64,000 nucleotides of DNA from positions 1,736,001 through 1,800,000 of the forward strand of contig CP128815.1 in the NCBI GenBank assembly GCA_051546255.1, given 5' to 3'. Below are positions 1 to 11,178 of the stretch, one piece after another. Below the pieces are notes generated by a model that saw only the letters and a list, made by a program, of their open reading frames with translations, was not told the DNA's origin and ran no database searches. The stretch's first letter is position 1. Every line of letters starts with the position of its first letter. A program made the position numbers and the translations under genes. The stretch is from Meyerozyma guilliermondii (lineage: Eukaryota).

Positions 1-531
1 CGTTTGCCCTTTCTAGACCGCTGGGAGGTTTTGGGGCGATTTTTCTCCATAAGTAGAGCGATGAGATTTGAGCAGAAATGTGATGAGGCGTGCGCGCACA
101 AAAGTGCGGAGAGACGACATCAAAGAATGTCGCAAGGCCAAGTTTTTCAAAGGATCGTAAATCGCACCAAAAATCGCAGATTTGATTACAACCCGCATTT
201 GGAACGAAAACATGCTCATGCGGCGAAATCTAATAATAGGTCTTCGCGATCGTATGCGGCATTTCCATTTTCCCCTGCAGTCGAAATGCAACGGTTAGGC
301 GCACATTACAAATCCGATAATTACACAACGTAAATGCATCCTTAATGCAACAATTGCAATAAAAATGCAACGTAAACAATTTGTGACCCATTTATCTTCC
401 ATACCGCGAATTAACCTTTGCGAGCAAAAAGTATCTGCAGTACCACTTTCCCCCACCATGCGCCACCTTTCTCGGATATAACACGGACCCGACGGAACCG
501 AAGTCGGGCCGCCGCGGAGCTAACACGGCTC

Positions 532-900
532 CTAGTGAGTGCCACTCGATGCTCGATCAATGACATGGTTAAGGAGCTCTTGGTAACTACCTGGGTCTAG
601 CCGTCCATTGATATTCGTATATACGGGCACCTCGAATTTCTTAGCTAAAACCCGACCCATATTCCGGCACATTTCCTCGGTATCGGCATCGGATTCATGA
701 ATTACCGTCGCAAAAGTTTCACCACTTTTCCGATCGCCAATGGTGTAAACGTAGGATCCAAAACGCGGCGCTGCCACGTCAGTAATAAACACGGCAATAG
801 GGGGATAATGTTGCAGGGTGCGCGCCGCACACCCAGTGATCGCTACGTCGTAATCACCCGAAAATAATGCGAGCTTAGAAATCGCCGTAGTTGTATTCAT
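532..900 (-). CDS. POC4: Proteasome assembly chaperone Poc4/Pba4-like
   Basis: Likely start MNTTT at 900. The motifs GSYVYTI and EEMCRNMGRVLAKKFEVPVY resemble Poc4 (CYYYAI...DMARHMATIISERFNRPCY). Confidence 0.6.
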   Translation of the reverse strand: MNTTTAISKLALFSGDYDVAITGCAARTLQHYPPIAVFITDVAAPRFGSYVYTIGDRKSGETFATVIHESDADTEEMCRNMGRVLAKKFEVPVYTNINGRLDPGSYQELLNHVIDRASSGTH

Positions 901-1482
901 GACCGTTTTTTCAAGTGCGAAGGAATTTAGATTCTGTTTAGGCGACTTAATGCGCGCCACCTGCATGCGATCCGACGTTTAGCCCCTCATTGGGCCATTC
1001 TAGACTAAACTACTGCTGCACAAACAAGGAATTTTCGCCGTGCATTGCATCCTAACCCGCTTCCGCCGCCATCTCCGCAGCCACTCCGCCGCCACTCGTC
1101 CGTCTATCTGATTTGATAAACTACCAATTAGGGGCCAGGGCTCCCCTCCCCACCGCCCGGCCGAATTAAGATACACCCGCTGACATAAGCGGGCTTCTTG
1201 CAGCGGCTGCGATGCACAACCCACGGCTCCGGCGCATGCGTTAGGCTGCATTTATGACTAATTTAAATACGGATTGATTCCCATGTAAACTTTTCGATTC
1301 ATGGATTGAAAACCATCCCGCACGGCTGATTGATATTTGGTTTTGATCCTTGGACCTTGTCATTGATACTGCTTATCTATTGAATCTATACATACCAAAT
1401 CAATTGGTTTTTGTTGAAGTTAACTGATCATTGGCAATACTTCCATTTTATCTGATCAATCGAAATCCTCCTTTTGCTCTTT

Positions 1483-3417
1483 ATGAATCGTACCGCTACC
1501 AATTTGCCACCATCGTCTGCTTACAATGTCGCACAATCTTCTGGTGGTGTTCCTGCCGATGAGCCGCGCGCTCCAAATCGCGACCTACTTGACCATCTCA
1601 ATGCATGCATTTTTGATGCTCCGTTACTAAAATCGGTTTCGCCGATTTCTGATGTCGGTGATGCATTCCCGCTTCGCGTGAGTGTAACGGACTGCAATTA
1701 TGACACTTTGAAACCGACGGTTGGCCTGGTGTTACAACATGTCGATATTTCCGATTTTGATTCTGGCATTGAATTACGCTGTAATAACAAGTTCAATGCC
1801 GATAAACTCGTGGTGAAATTGATTGAGAACAATCTAAAGTTCACTTTGGACTATTCAGACTTCATTTCTCATCCAGGAAACCTCTTTGTGAAGAATCTTT
1901 CTAGCTCATTGATCAACCATGATTCACTCTTTGAATTCTTCCAGGTTCGTTCATGTTACAAATCATTGTCTAATGTCAACATCTTCAACAATTCCGATGA
2001 AAGCTTGTTTGCTATTCTCAAATTTGATAATTACTTGGACGTGGATTTCCTCATTGAACATTTGGATACTTCCAATAATCCATTCCATCATCTTCCCTCA
2101 GTTCCACTTTACGTCAACAAGTATATCAGCAAAAGAGAACGGAAACTCAAAGCAGAAGATTTCCAGCCTGCAGCATCCCAATCTCCTGCCCATAGTGAAT
2201 CTGTCAATTTGTATAATACCATTGTTGTGGAGAATTTGGGAGAGTTTTTCAACTATAGCCCCACATTTGAATTACTAGGTCAATTTCTTTCCAAATTTGA
2301 AATGTTCCAAAAGATCGAATCGGTGTATTTCCCCTTAACCAAAGTGGCAGAACAAGACGTTAGTGTTTCAAACTTTGGATTCATAGGGTTTGAAGTTGAC
2401 GAACACTTGAATGAAAATGTGCTCAAATGTCTTTACTACTTGAATAATTTGCTGTTTGAAGAATTCATGGCATTTGAAAATAAAGACATCATACCTATCA
2501 ACCGTGAAACTGAATTTGACGACAAATCTCTTACTTCTGGAACACTCAAGATCTCCATTGGCCAACACAAGCATAACCATTACCTATACCAGGTCACTGG
2601 CAACAGGATGGCATTAAACTGGGAACCAAACACCATTCCTACGTTTACTTATATCGATATGAATTTGCATAACGCTGCAATCACCAAATTTTCCAAATAT
2701 TTGAATTACCAAGAAACCAATATCTACGTTAACAGTTTCCCTGTGGTGTTTGAAAATAACGACAAGTTGTGGGAAACTTTCTGGAAACAATTTGGTAAGA
2801 TCAAGTCAGCAAAGATCATCAAACCACAATTCTACTCAAAAAAGTCTACAGAAAGTACGGGCAAGATTGGATTTGTGTTTTTCGAGAACTTTAGACTGGC
2901 AGTCCGTGCCATCTTACTAACCAATGAGAAGACCATCAACACAAGTCTCACCGGTACTAGTCACTCGGTTCATGTCCAAACCTCGTTTGCAATCCAAAAG
3001 AGCAATCATAGTCCATCTGCACCAGCACAAGGTCAGAGATCTTCGGTCCCTAACAACTATCTTGCCCCTACACCTCACAACTACATGAAGCGATTCAGCT
3101 GGCCATCGGAAAATTACTACTATTCACCACAACCTATAGTTTCTCCCCCACTCACAGATTTTAACATGTACGCTCCATACGTCTACTACAATTATCCATA
3201 CATGGTGAGAGACTTGAGTCCCCACGAAATGGCAGGAGATCAAGCAGTGGAACCACCTTCTGGGGACTACCCCAACTTCTACGGCAATGCCCAACCACAG
3301 AATTTCAATTATTACTTACCGTTTGACCACGGAACCCCAGCTACCTTTGCACCTCTGTCGATGCCAGGGTCAGCTCCACCACCAAGACAAGGCAAGAAAA
3401 CTCAAAAGAAAAAATAG
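1483..3417 (+). CDS. Multi-RRM RNA-binding protein, Rie1/YGR250C(Whi8)-like
   Basis: First ATG at 1483. RRM motifs HPGNLFVKNL, SVYFP, NFGFI, QHK, QETNIYVN...FGKIKSAKII...GFVFF...AILLT...TSFA occur in the order I recall for Rie1. P/Y/N-rich C-terminal tail. Confidence 0.65.
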   Translation: MNRTATNLPPSSAYNVAQSSGGVPADEPRAPNRDLLDHLNACIFDAPLLKSVSPISDVGDAFPLRVSVTDCNYDTLKPTVGLVLQHVDISDFDSGIELRCNNKFNADKLVVKLIENNLKFTLDYSDFISHPGNLFVKNLSSSLINHDSLFEFFQVRSCYKSLSNVNIFNNSDESLFAILKFDNYLDVDFLIEHLDTSNNPFHHLPSVPLYVNKYISKRERKLKAEDFQPAASQSPAHSESVNLYNTIVVENLGEFFNYSPTFELLGQFLSKFEMFQKIESVYFPLTKVAEQDVSVSNFGFIGFEVDEHLNENVLKCLYYLNNLLFEEFMAFENKDIIPINRETEFDDKSLTSGTLKISIGQHKHNHYLYQVTGNRMALNWEPNTIPTFTYIDMNLHNAAITKFSKYLNYQETNIYVNSFPVVFENNDKLWETFWKQFGKIKSAKIIKPQFYSKKSTESTGKIGFVFFENFRLAVRAILLTNEKTINTSLTGTSHSVHVQTSFAIQKSNHSPSAPAQGQRSSVPNNYLAPTPHNYMKRFSWPSENYYYSPQPIVSPPLTDFNMYAPYVYYNYPYMVRDLSPHEMAGDQAVEPPSGDYPNFYGNAQPQNFNYYLPFDHGTPATFAPLSMPGSAPPPRQGKKTQKKK

Positions 3418-3480
3418 TTCAGTTGTACATATTGTGACGATTACCAGAATTTCATTAGACTTATGTACATGTAGCGGCTT

Positions 3481-4191
3481 CTATAACAGAGGTGGTGGCG
3501 CAACCTTCACCTCTTCGATAACAAGCAGTGGTTCTTCTTCTTCTTCTTCAACAGGTTCCACTGCCTGGACTTCTTCAATATAATGCTTGAGCATACTTTC
3601 TATGCCATTTTTCAATGTCACCGACGAAGATTCACACGATCTACATGCTCCTTTAAGTTTGAGATACACAGTACCTGAATCTTCATCGAATTTTGCAAAT
3701 TCAATGTCTCCACCATCTTCTTGAATGGCCGGCCGTATACGGGTAAAAATGAGTTCTTTGATCATGGCTACAACTTCGTCGTCATCTTCGTTGATTTCCA
3801 TGTCGTTAGAGAGCTCGTATTCGTCGTTAATAACAGGAGCTCCCGTAGTTAAATGTTCGGTTAAAATCAGAAAAATCTCAGGTTTCATCACGGCCCATTG
3901 GTTACTGTTAGCCAGTTTTTCTATGGTGATGAAATTGGACCCAAACATAACCGACTTGATGCCATCGACAGAGAAGAGCTTTACCGCCAAAGGACTACGC
4001 GCTGCCTCTCTTCCACTTAAAAATTCCAACGTTTCGTTTTCTTTCAAAATCGACATTGAAGGGAGAAATTTAAGAGCATGTTCATTAGGAGTGTCGGCCG
4101 TCTGGATGAACAAACTACGCACAAAATCAGCTCGAAGAGACCGAGCCGCACGGCTGCCGTTAAAAAAGCGTCCTGATATACCTCTTAACAT
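3481..4191 (-). CDS. NFU1: Mitochondrial Fe-S cluster carrier NifU-like protein
   Basis: Arg-rich presequence, FIQTADTPN, RIRPAIQEDGGDIEF and the GACRSC CxxC motif. Confidence 0.95.
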   Translation of the reverse strand: MLRGISGRFFNGSRAARSLRADFVRSLFIQTADTPNEHALKFLPSMSILKENETLEFLSGREAARSPLAVKLFSVDGIKSVMFGSNFITIEKLANSNQWAVMKPEIFLILTEHLTTGAPVINDEYELSNDMEINEDDDEVVAMIKELIFTRIRPAIQEDGGDIEFAKFDEDSGTVYLKLKGACRSCESSSVTLKNGIESMLKHYIEEVQAVEPVEEEEEEPLLVIEEVKVAPPPLL

Positions 4192-4301
4192 GTTGTCTAT
4201 ATCTATTGTGATTTCTCAGCGATCCGGAACCATGTCATCACCGCGGTGCACCCACAGAGTACAGTACTTGTACCAAAGCACCAACTACCTTCACCAATTA
4301 C

Positions 4302-7300
4302 TCACTCGTCAAACAAAATCTTCTCAAACATCGAAACCGCCTTGTCTTCCATCTTGGACTCCGAAACCTCGTTGGAACTGATACTTTGATCAAGCTGTAG
4401 TTTGTTCTCTGCCAACTGTAACATGTTCTCTTCTATAGTTCCTTTGCTGATGAAACGAGTCACTAATACCTCACTGGTTTGTCCGACACGGTGTGCTCTA
4501 TCCTCGGCTTGTCTATCATCGTGAGGATTGAACGACTGGTCGAATATAACCACATTATTTGCAGCCACAAGATTGATTCCAAATCCTCCAGCTTTGGTGG
4601 ACAACAAGAACACAGGAATGGTGTCATCATCGTAGAAAGTATCGATCAAATCTTGACGGGTATCCACTGATGTTTGGCCATCCAAACGTAAAAATTTGAT
4701 GTTGCCGATTGTAAGAACTTTTTCAAGAATATCGAGCATTTGTGTGAATAATGAAAACACCAACACCCTCTCTTTACGAGCCATGATTTCCTTAATGTGA
4801 TCCATCAACAAACCGACCTTGCCACTGTTAAGCCATTCTTTGTCCTCAAGCACATATTTGCTCAATGTGGGGAACTTGACACATAAATTATTAAGCTCGT
4901 AGTCGGACATCACTTCCATGTCCTCATAAATATATTGCTCATTAGCTTCCACATATTCTGGCTCTTTCATGATATCCTTGGCCATTTGCTTCAATTTTTC
5001 CTCATCGTAAAGTTTGCGGAAAAGAAGTGGGTGAAGAGCAGCTTTTCTGAGTGCCATCATCACGTTCGATGACGACGTAATTGGCTCGTCACGAGCTTTT
5101 TCTGCTTCCTTTCCAGTTAACAATTTCCTTCTTTCCCGTTCTTTTCTGGTTGCTCTACCCCTATTAAGGTGCTCGAGGTATATTTCCTTCTGAGAAGAAG
5201 TAAGCTCACAGTATTTGATTTGGTTAGTTTTTCCTGGAAGATGGGTCAATACCTGTGACTTTTTACGCCGAAGAACAAACGGTGTCATCATGGTTTTCGC
5301 TTTAGCAATTGCTTGCTGAGAAAGAAGTGGGTTATAATCCTCATCAGCATTAATGGTACTGGCCTTCTTGTTAAATAAACCATGCAAATCTTCCCTTCGT
5401 TCGCTGAAAAGATTTGGAAGCATAAATGACAAAAGCGACACCAATTCTTTCAAGTTATTCTGCAAAGGTGTACCAGTAAGAAGCAATCTAAACTTGGCCT
5501 TGAGTCTCATCAACTTGGTGTACCGATCAGAGGTGGAATTCTTGAGCAAATGTCCTTCATCATAAACGATCATATTGAAGTCACAATGCTTCAAAAACTT
5601 AAAATCAGCTGGAGCACCAGTCGCAAGATTATATGTGGTAACCAATACATCGTAATGGGTCAGTTCAAGATCATACCTAATATCTTCACGCTCACGCTGA
5701 GAACCATAGTAAGCCTTTACCACCAACGAAGGACAAAACTTTTTGAATTCTCTCAACCAATTTTCAAGGGTCGATGAAGGAACAATGACAAGATGAGGTC
5801 CAGGTTCATTTACTTGTTTCAAGTGGGCCATGAATGCAATAACCTGACAGGTTTTTCCCAATCCCATCTCGTCGGCTAATATACACGAGAGCTTGTTTTG
5901 ATAAAGAACATTAAGCCAGTTGATACCAACCTGTTGATAGTTTTTGAGTTCCATATCTTCTGCAAAAAGGGTTGGACGATCACGAAGATACTTGATGGAC
6001 TGCTTACCTTCTTCATCAACCACAACCTCGTCATTAACAGGATCCATCTCCACAACGTCCAAGCCGTCCTGATGATTGGAATCCACAGAAACACCCCATT
6101 GCTTCATTTGCTTCGAGATCAACTCACCGTATTCTGAGCATTTCTTGACCAAAGAGTCCACTGCTTTATAACCTTTAAGACTAAATTCGGTATTTTCCAC
6201 CACACGTTGACCCAAAGTCTTCTTCTTGTATCGGCGTCTGGTTTGACGGTCCGCCTTTTCGGCGTCTTCCGCTTCAAACTCCTGCGAAGTAACTTGATAA
6301 ATATCAATGAAGGGCCGTTTGGACATGATAATCTCGGCAGTTTTAGGCGGTATGTTACAAATCTCGACAATATCATCGACAGAAGCGCTATTGAGGAACT
6401 CAAGCACCTGGGTGTCGATGGAAGTGACACCTTCGTATGCATCGCCGCCATCACCATCGGACATATCGTCGGTCAGGTTTTCCTCCTCTTCTTCACCTTC
6501 CTCTTCCAAATCGTCATCTTCGTCTTCCATCTCATCATCGCTGATTTTCATGGATTTGGCCGCCCGCAGTCGACGATTCCGGCGGATCTTGGCCTCTATC
6601 CGCTCCAAGTCATCATCGGCAACAATCATATCACTAAGATCCTCGTCACGAAAAGCCTTTTTCAGCTTTTTTCTGGCAGGAACTACTGGATGCTGTGGAA
6701 GCGCCAGACCATACGGCTGCGAGTACAGTGGGTACTGCGAGGAAGCGGGGGTTTGATTTCTCATATAATTAACTGTACCAGCAGGCACAACACGCGACGT
6801 CAGTCCGAAGCCAGAGGGGGTTGTAGGAAGGGTATACTTACTGCCCTTCACAAGTTTCCTCTTTTTCGTTACGGGATCAAAAACGTAATATGAAAACCTT
6901 GGAATGGCTCCCTGAGAATCGGTGTTATTATACTTTTCAGCAATGGATTTCTGTTTCAGAACCTCCACCTTGGTACTGGGAGCTGCATTATTAACACCAT
7001 TGGTGGTAATATTGTAACCATTCCCATTTCTTTGCTGTTGTTGGCGCTGGTATTCCGCGGCAGCTTGAACCGCTCGTTCTTGTTCATACCGTGCCACCAT
7101 GGCGTCCCGATCAAAATTCTCCTGTAACCACGTAGTGATGTCTCTCAAGTTGCCTTTTCCTTTGACAAACCCTTTGAAAATGTCACTTTCCAGAAGATAA
7201 AAGAACCCTTTACGAAGCATCGCATAATAAGGATGATTTCTGATCGCCATTCTTTTTGCCTCCAAATCCCGTTGTTTTTCCTCGTCCAAAACGCCACGCA

Positions 7301-7412
7301 GCGACGAGGACTGGTCATGACCGTTCCGTTCATTTGGAGACACCAGAACATGTATAGGCGATGAGCTGGGAACCTGCACATACGGCGGGTTTGTAGAGCC
7401 GTTTTCGGACAT
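4302..7412 (-). CDS. FUN30: SNF2-family chromatin remodeller (SMARCAD1 type)
   Basis: ILADEMGLGKTCQ, DEGH, LLLTGTPLQNNL, QAEDRAHRVGQ. Divergent from ATS1, as in S. cerevisiae. Confidence 0.92.
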   Translation of the reverse strand: MSENGSTNPPYVQVPSSSPIHVLVSPNERNGHDQSSSLRGVLDEEKQRDLEAKRMAIRNHPYYAMLRKGFFYLLESDIFKGFVKGKGNLRDITTWLQENFDRDAMVARYEQERAVQAAAEYQRQQQQRNGNGYNITTNGVNNAAPSTKVEVLKQKSIAEKYNNTDSQGAIPRFSYYVFDPVTKKRKLVKGSKYTLPTTPSGFGLTSRVVPAGTVNYMRNQTPASSQYPLYSQPYGLALPQHPVVPARKKLKKAFRDEDLSDMIVADDDLERIEAKIRRNRRLRAAKSMKISDDEMEDEDDDLEEEGEEEEENLTDDMSDGDGGDAYEGVTSIDTQVLEFLNSASVDDIVEICNIPPKTAEIIMSKRPFIDIYQVTSQEFEAEDAEKADRQTRRRYKKKTLGQRVVENTEFSLKGYKAVDSLVKKCSEYGELISKQMKQWGVSVDSNHQDGLDVVEMDPVNDEVVVDEEGKQSIKYLRDRPTLFAEDMELKNYQQVGINWLNVLYQNKLSCILADEMGLGKTCQVIAFMAHLKQVNEPGPHLVIVPSSTLENWLREFKKFCPSLVVKAYYGSQREREDIRYDLELTHYDVLVTTYNLATGAPADFKFLKHCDFNMIVYDEGHLLKNSTSDRYTKLMRLKAKFRLLLTGTPLQNNLKELVSLLSFMLPNLFSERREDLHGLFNKKASTINADEDYNPLLSQQAIAKAKTMMTPFVLRRKKSQVLTHLPGKTNQIKYCELTSSQKEIYLEHLNRGRATRKERERRKLLTGKEAEKARDEPITSSSNVMMALRKAALHPLLFRKLYDEEKLKQMAKDIMKEPEYVEANEQYIYEDMEVMSDYELNNLCVKFPTLSKYVLEDKEWLNSGKVGLLMDHIKEIMARKERVLVFSLFTQMLDILEKVLTIGNIKFLRLDGQTSVDTRQDLIDTFYDDDTIPVFLLSTKAGGFGINLVAANNVVIFDQSFNPHDDRQAEDRAHRVGQTSEVLVTRFISKGTIEENMLQLAENKLQLDQSISSNEVSESKMEDKAVSMFEKILFDE

Positions 7413-7627
7413 TTTCCGAACTCTTGGTAGGTACAGTAGCGGAGTTTACGAGTTTTTTTCGGATTATCAGCGGTGGAAACTAGCGTAAACTTGATAGGGG
7501 TCAAATCCACTGAGTTATGAAACACGATTTTTCATCGCGTCTGAATTGTTCCATGGGTGCACGGCTGGAAAACGGTGTTTGGGTGCTAAGAAGAAGTGAG
7601 CATGGATGCAAATTGAGTGATTTGGAC

Positions 7628-8641
7628 ATGTACAACTTGCTTTGTTGTGGGTCTAATGGTCTGGGACAGCTTGGAATTGGGACAAGAGACGACGTAGATG
7701 TTCTTGAAAAAGCTTTATTTGAGGTGGAGACCGGTAGATCCGAAAATATTGGAACCAGACCAATCAAAATTGCTTGTGGCGGCAACCATACGGTGGTTTT
7801 AATGGAGAATGGCGATGTTTACGGAGCGGGAGATAACTCCAGTAACCAATGTGGACTTGAAGAAGAGCGAGAATACCTATTTTTTACGAAAATAAAGGTT
7901 GAAAATTGCAAATTTGTGCTGTGTGGGTGGGAATTCACGGTATTTGTCACCCAAAATGACGATATTTATACTTGCGGACGAGGTAATAAGGGAGAGTTGG
8001 GCCGTGGCTCTACTGGGGTGTCTTCAATTACGAAAATAGCCAATATTACAGGAATTATCGACCTTCAATCGTCCCTCACACATACGGTAATTCGGACCTC
8101 CAATAATGAACTATACGGATGGGGAACTTGTCGCCGAGGAGAGCTCGGTGTTGTGGAAGGAGCCAAGTTTCTTTGCGAACCTTCAAAGCTTGATTTTCCC
8201 ACAAAAAATTGGAAATACTATGCCCTTGGCAGAAATCGAACTATTTTCTGCCATGAAAAAATAACCATGAACCTTGATAAAGAAGACTTGTTTAGTGAGA
8301 CTGGTAACTCGCTAGCGAACTCGGTTGTGTCCCTTCGTGCTATGTGGACTTCGGTACATGTTTCAACAGGCGACCGGATCGTATCCACCGGAAACAATAG
8401 CCATGGTCAATTGTGCCCACAACAAATACCGTTCACCGCCATGGAAACAGGAAGTGAGCACGGATTACTAGTCACGAAAAACAACAGGGTTTTGGCGTGG
8501 GGTTGGGGAGAACATGGAAATTGTGGACACACCGACGACGACTCAGTGGTGTACAATATGAATTGCATCTACGAGGGCCAGCCTCTAATGGTCGCTGGAG
8601 GCTGTGCTACAAGCTGGGTTGTGGCAAAAAAGAAAGAGTGA
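7628..8641 (+). CDS. ATS1: RCC1-like beta-propeller Kti13/Ats1
   Basis: Likely start MYNLLCCGSNG(S)GQLG at 7628. Motifs ACGGNHT, CGWEFT, GSEHG, WGWGEHGNCG, GGCATSW. Confidence 0.9.
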   Translation: MYNLLCCGSNGLGQLGIGTRDDVDVLEKALFEVETGRSENIGTRPIKIACGGNHTVVLMENGDVYGAGDNSSNQCGLEEEREYLFFTKIKVENCKFVLCGWEFTVFVTQNDDIYTCGRGNKGELGRGSTGVSSITKIANITGIIDLQSSLTHTVIRTSNNELYGWGTCRRGELGVVEGAKFLCEPSKLDFPTKNWKYYALGRNRTIFCHEKITMNLDKEDLFSETGNSLANSVVSLRAMWTSVHVSTGDRIVSTGNNSHGQLCPQQIPFTAMETGSEHGLLVTKNNRVLAWGWGEHGNCGHTDDDSVVYNMNCIYEGQPLMVAGGCATSWVVAKKKE

Positions 8642-8843
8642 GTGAAAAAAACGAGTGAAGAATTTTGAAGAATTTGGAAGAATTTACGAATGTGACGAAG
8701 TATCTTTCCCATATTCATCTATGCTTAATGCTCAAAGATGGAAAATATGTTCAACGTTTTGTTCTCGAGTGCTGTATCGGTAACGGCTCATTGCACGAGC
8801 TTCCCGTCTCCTTCTTTCGCACCCCGGGCCGGAGCCCGTAGAA

Positions 8844-8868
8844 AGAATGTTCGTGAAAATTCGTGAAA
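8844..8868. promoter_or_regulatory. Perfect five-unit heat shock element (Hsf1) upstream of OPI10
   Basis: aGAAtgTTCgtGAAaaTTCgtGAAa: alternating nGAAn units at exact 5-bp spacing, about 70 bp before the ATG. Confidence 0.8.
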
Positions 8869-8937
8869 TATACCGATGGGGGTCCTGCAGGCAAGTCGCA
8901 ATTCATAGTATTGGCAATCGCTCAAGATTGAACTACC

Positions 8938-9579
8938 ATGTTTGGATCTGTCTGCACCGGTCGACCAGTACAATTTGCGACGCAAGTTGAAGCCAACAAA
9001 TGGGTGATAGCCATAGAAAGTGCCCAGAACGTCTCACATGTGGCGATTTTTTTCGTTCCTAATGCCACTTTTGACCCCAATTGCACCGCATTGGTTTATT
9101 TTCAAACGCCAGGATCCACGGAATTCAAGTTGCTCGGAGGATTGAACACGGCCAAACCTTCCGCAATCTACAAGCTAAACAATAGCACCTCGGCTACTTA
9201 CCAAGTGGATGATTCAGCAATGATGGACGATACTCCAGAAGCGGATCCCGCCGCCGTTATCAACGTGGGAATCTCTATAGAACCCACTCCAGTTGCCGAG
9301 CAACAATTGCAAATGGCGAGAAAGTCAGGACCACCCGGAGTCAATTCTGGGCTGACAAGTACCACCAGTAGTGCATTGGTGGTACTGACCCCGGCTGGCA
9401 TCCCTACACCATCGATCGCCGAGATGGCCAAGAAAATTGTGGGAAACGCATACAATTACTTGGGCAGTTTTGTTGATGCGTCTGGAAACGTGCCAATGAA
9501 GGCGTTCGATACGTGGTGGACCAAATTTCAGGGAAAATTGGAACGCAATCCGTCGTTTCTCAATGAGTTGCAAGACTAA
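8938..9579 (+). CDS. OPI10: Hikeshi-family Hsp70 nuclear import carrier Opi10
   Basis: MFG start, FKLLG...KPSAIYK, VGISIEP, NAYNYLGSF, FDTWWTKF...NPSFL. Confidence 0.9.
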   Translation: MFGSVCTGRPVQFATQVEANKWVIAIESAQNVSHVAIFFVPNATFDPNCTALVYFQTPGSTEFKLLGGLNTAKPSAIYKLNNSTSATYQVDDSAMMDDTPEADPAAVINVGISIEPTPVAEQQLQMARKSGPPGVNSGLTSTTSSALVVLTPAGIPTPSIAEMAKKIVGNAYNYLGSFVDASGNVPMKAFDTWWTKFQGKLERNPSFLNELQD

Positions 9580-9645
9580 GAAGTTGCAACTGCCAAACTG
9601 TGACGCCCAGTGCACCAGAGCATCCCATTTCTTTTTGCTCATCGC

Positions 9646-9656
9646 GCCACAGTTTT
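9646..9656 (-). promoter_or_regulatory. Met31/Met32 site in CYS3 promoter
   Basis: GCCACAGTTTT reads AAAACTGTGGC on the minus strand, about 100 bp upstream of CYS3. A near-match AAACTGTGA lies at ~9595. Confidence 0.65.
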
Positions 9657-9754
9657 GTCAGCATACGTTTTGTACTTAAACGGCTAGTTGGTAATTCACA
9701 ATTTTATCACTAGTGATTCAGAACTCAACTCAGCGAGTCCATACATTTCGCTAA

Positions 9755-10948
9755 ATGACAAAAGATACTCCTCAATACGGGTTTGGAACCCATGCCATAC
9801 ACAGTGGAGCTGCCGTGGACCCAACTACCGGAGCTGTAATCGAGCCAATTTCCCTTTCAACCACGTTTGCTCAGTCGCTGCCTGCTAATCCTATTGGAAC
9901 CTACGAGTATTCGAGATCTGCTAATCCCAACAGAGACAACTTTGAGACTGCTGTGGCTCAATTGGAGCAAGCCAAATATGCCATTGCGCTTTCTTCTGGC
10001 TCTGCTACCACCTCGTTGATTGTTCAGTCGTTGCCAATTGGCTCTCATATCATTTCCGGAGCCGATGTGTACGGAGGAACCCACCGTTATTTCACCCAAG
10101 TTGCTCACACCCATGGAGTCACTGCTTCGTTTGTGGCTGACTTGGGAACTGACCTTGCTGAAAATATCACCGAAAACACCAAATTGGTGTGGTTGGAGAC
10201 CCCTTCTAACCCAACGTTGAGAGTCACCGATATCTCCAGCGTGGTTAAGGTGTTGCGTGAACACGAATCCAAGACTGGTAATCGTATTCTTTTGGTGGTG
10301 GACAACACATTTTTGTCTCCTTATGTGTCGAACCCATTGACTTTTGGCGCTGATGTTGTTATTCACTCGGTCACAAAGTACATTAATGGCCATTCCGATG
10401 TGGTGATGGGTGTTTTGGCTACCAATGACGATGAGTTGCACAAGAAATTCAGATTCTTGCAAAATGCTATTGGTCTGGTTCCCTCGCCTTTTGACTCGTG
10501 GTTGGCTCACCGTGGTTTAAAGACGTTGCATTTGAGAGCCAGACAGGCTTCTGCTTCGGCCCAAAAGATTGCCGAGACTTTATCGCAAAGTCCTTTGGTG
10601 CTCAAGGTCAACTATCCTGGTCTCAAGTCCCACCCTAACCACCATGTTGTGGCCACCCAGCATCGCGATGGTCTTGGTGGAGGTATGATTTCGTTCCGTA
10701 TTAAAGGTGGAGCGGCTGCTGCTTCCAAATTTTCTTCCACTACCAAGTTGTTCACATTAGCTGAATCTTTGGGTGGAATCGAGTCTTTGCTTGAAGTTCC
10801 CGCTGTAATGACCCATGGTGGTATTCCTCAGGCCGAACGTGAAGCCAATGGAATCTACGACGACTTGATCCGTTTGTCGGTGGGAATTGAGGAAACTGAC
10901 GATTTGGTGAAGGACATTGAACTGGCGTTGGAGAATGCTGTGGAGTAG
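9755..10948 (+). CDS. CYS3: Cystathionine gamma-lyase
   Basis: YEYSRSANP, VYGGTHRY, ETPSNP, VVDNTF, HSVTKYINGHSD (PLP lysine), LAESLGG. Confidence 0.97.
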   Translation: MTKDTPQYGFGTHAIHSGAAVDPTTGAVIEPISLSTTFAQSLPANPIGTYEYSRSANPNRDNFETAVAQLEQAKYAIALSSGSATTSLIVQSLPIGSHIISGADVYGGTHRYFTQVAHTHGVTASFVADLGTDLAENITENTKLVWLETPSNPTLRVTDISSVVKVLREHESKTGNRILLVVDNTFLSPYVSNPLTFGADVVIHSVTKYINGHSDVVMGVLATNDDELHKKFRFLQNAIGLVPSPFDSWLAHRGLKTLHLRARQASASAQKIAETLSQSPLVLKVNYPGLKSHPNHHVVATQHRDGLGGGMISFRIKGGAAAASKFSSTTKLFTLAESLGGIESLLEVPAVMTHGGIPQAEREANGIYDDLIRLSVGIEETDDLVKDIELALENAVE

Positions 10949-11178
10949 ATAGGCGAAAATAATATGAATAATAGAAGCGGTAATCACGAAAGAAAACTAA
11001 ACAACTTTGTGGAGTAGATAGGAAAATTAATATGACGAAATAGACGTCGGCAATTAGAAAAGTAAAAAAATTTGCAGCCATCATGGTGCTCTTCTTCTCA
11101 TGCTCGGTTGGTCTCTTCTATTATTTTACATCCATGCACCAGCGCTACTTAACACGATATCTGTTGCAGCCACCATTA

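Noticed and set aside
4..333. Short ORFs at the window start
   Set aside because: No recognisable protein features. The region looks like promoter/spacer DNA (PAC GCGATGAG near 57, ATGCAAC micro-repeats).
1483..3417. Calling the RRM gene PES4/MIP6 because LSB3 is in the window
   Set aside because: The motif order fits Rie1/YGR250C better, and LSB3 is about 48 kb away.
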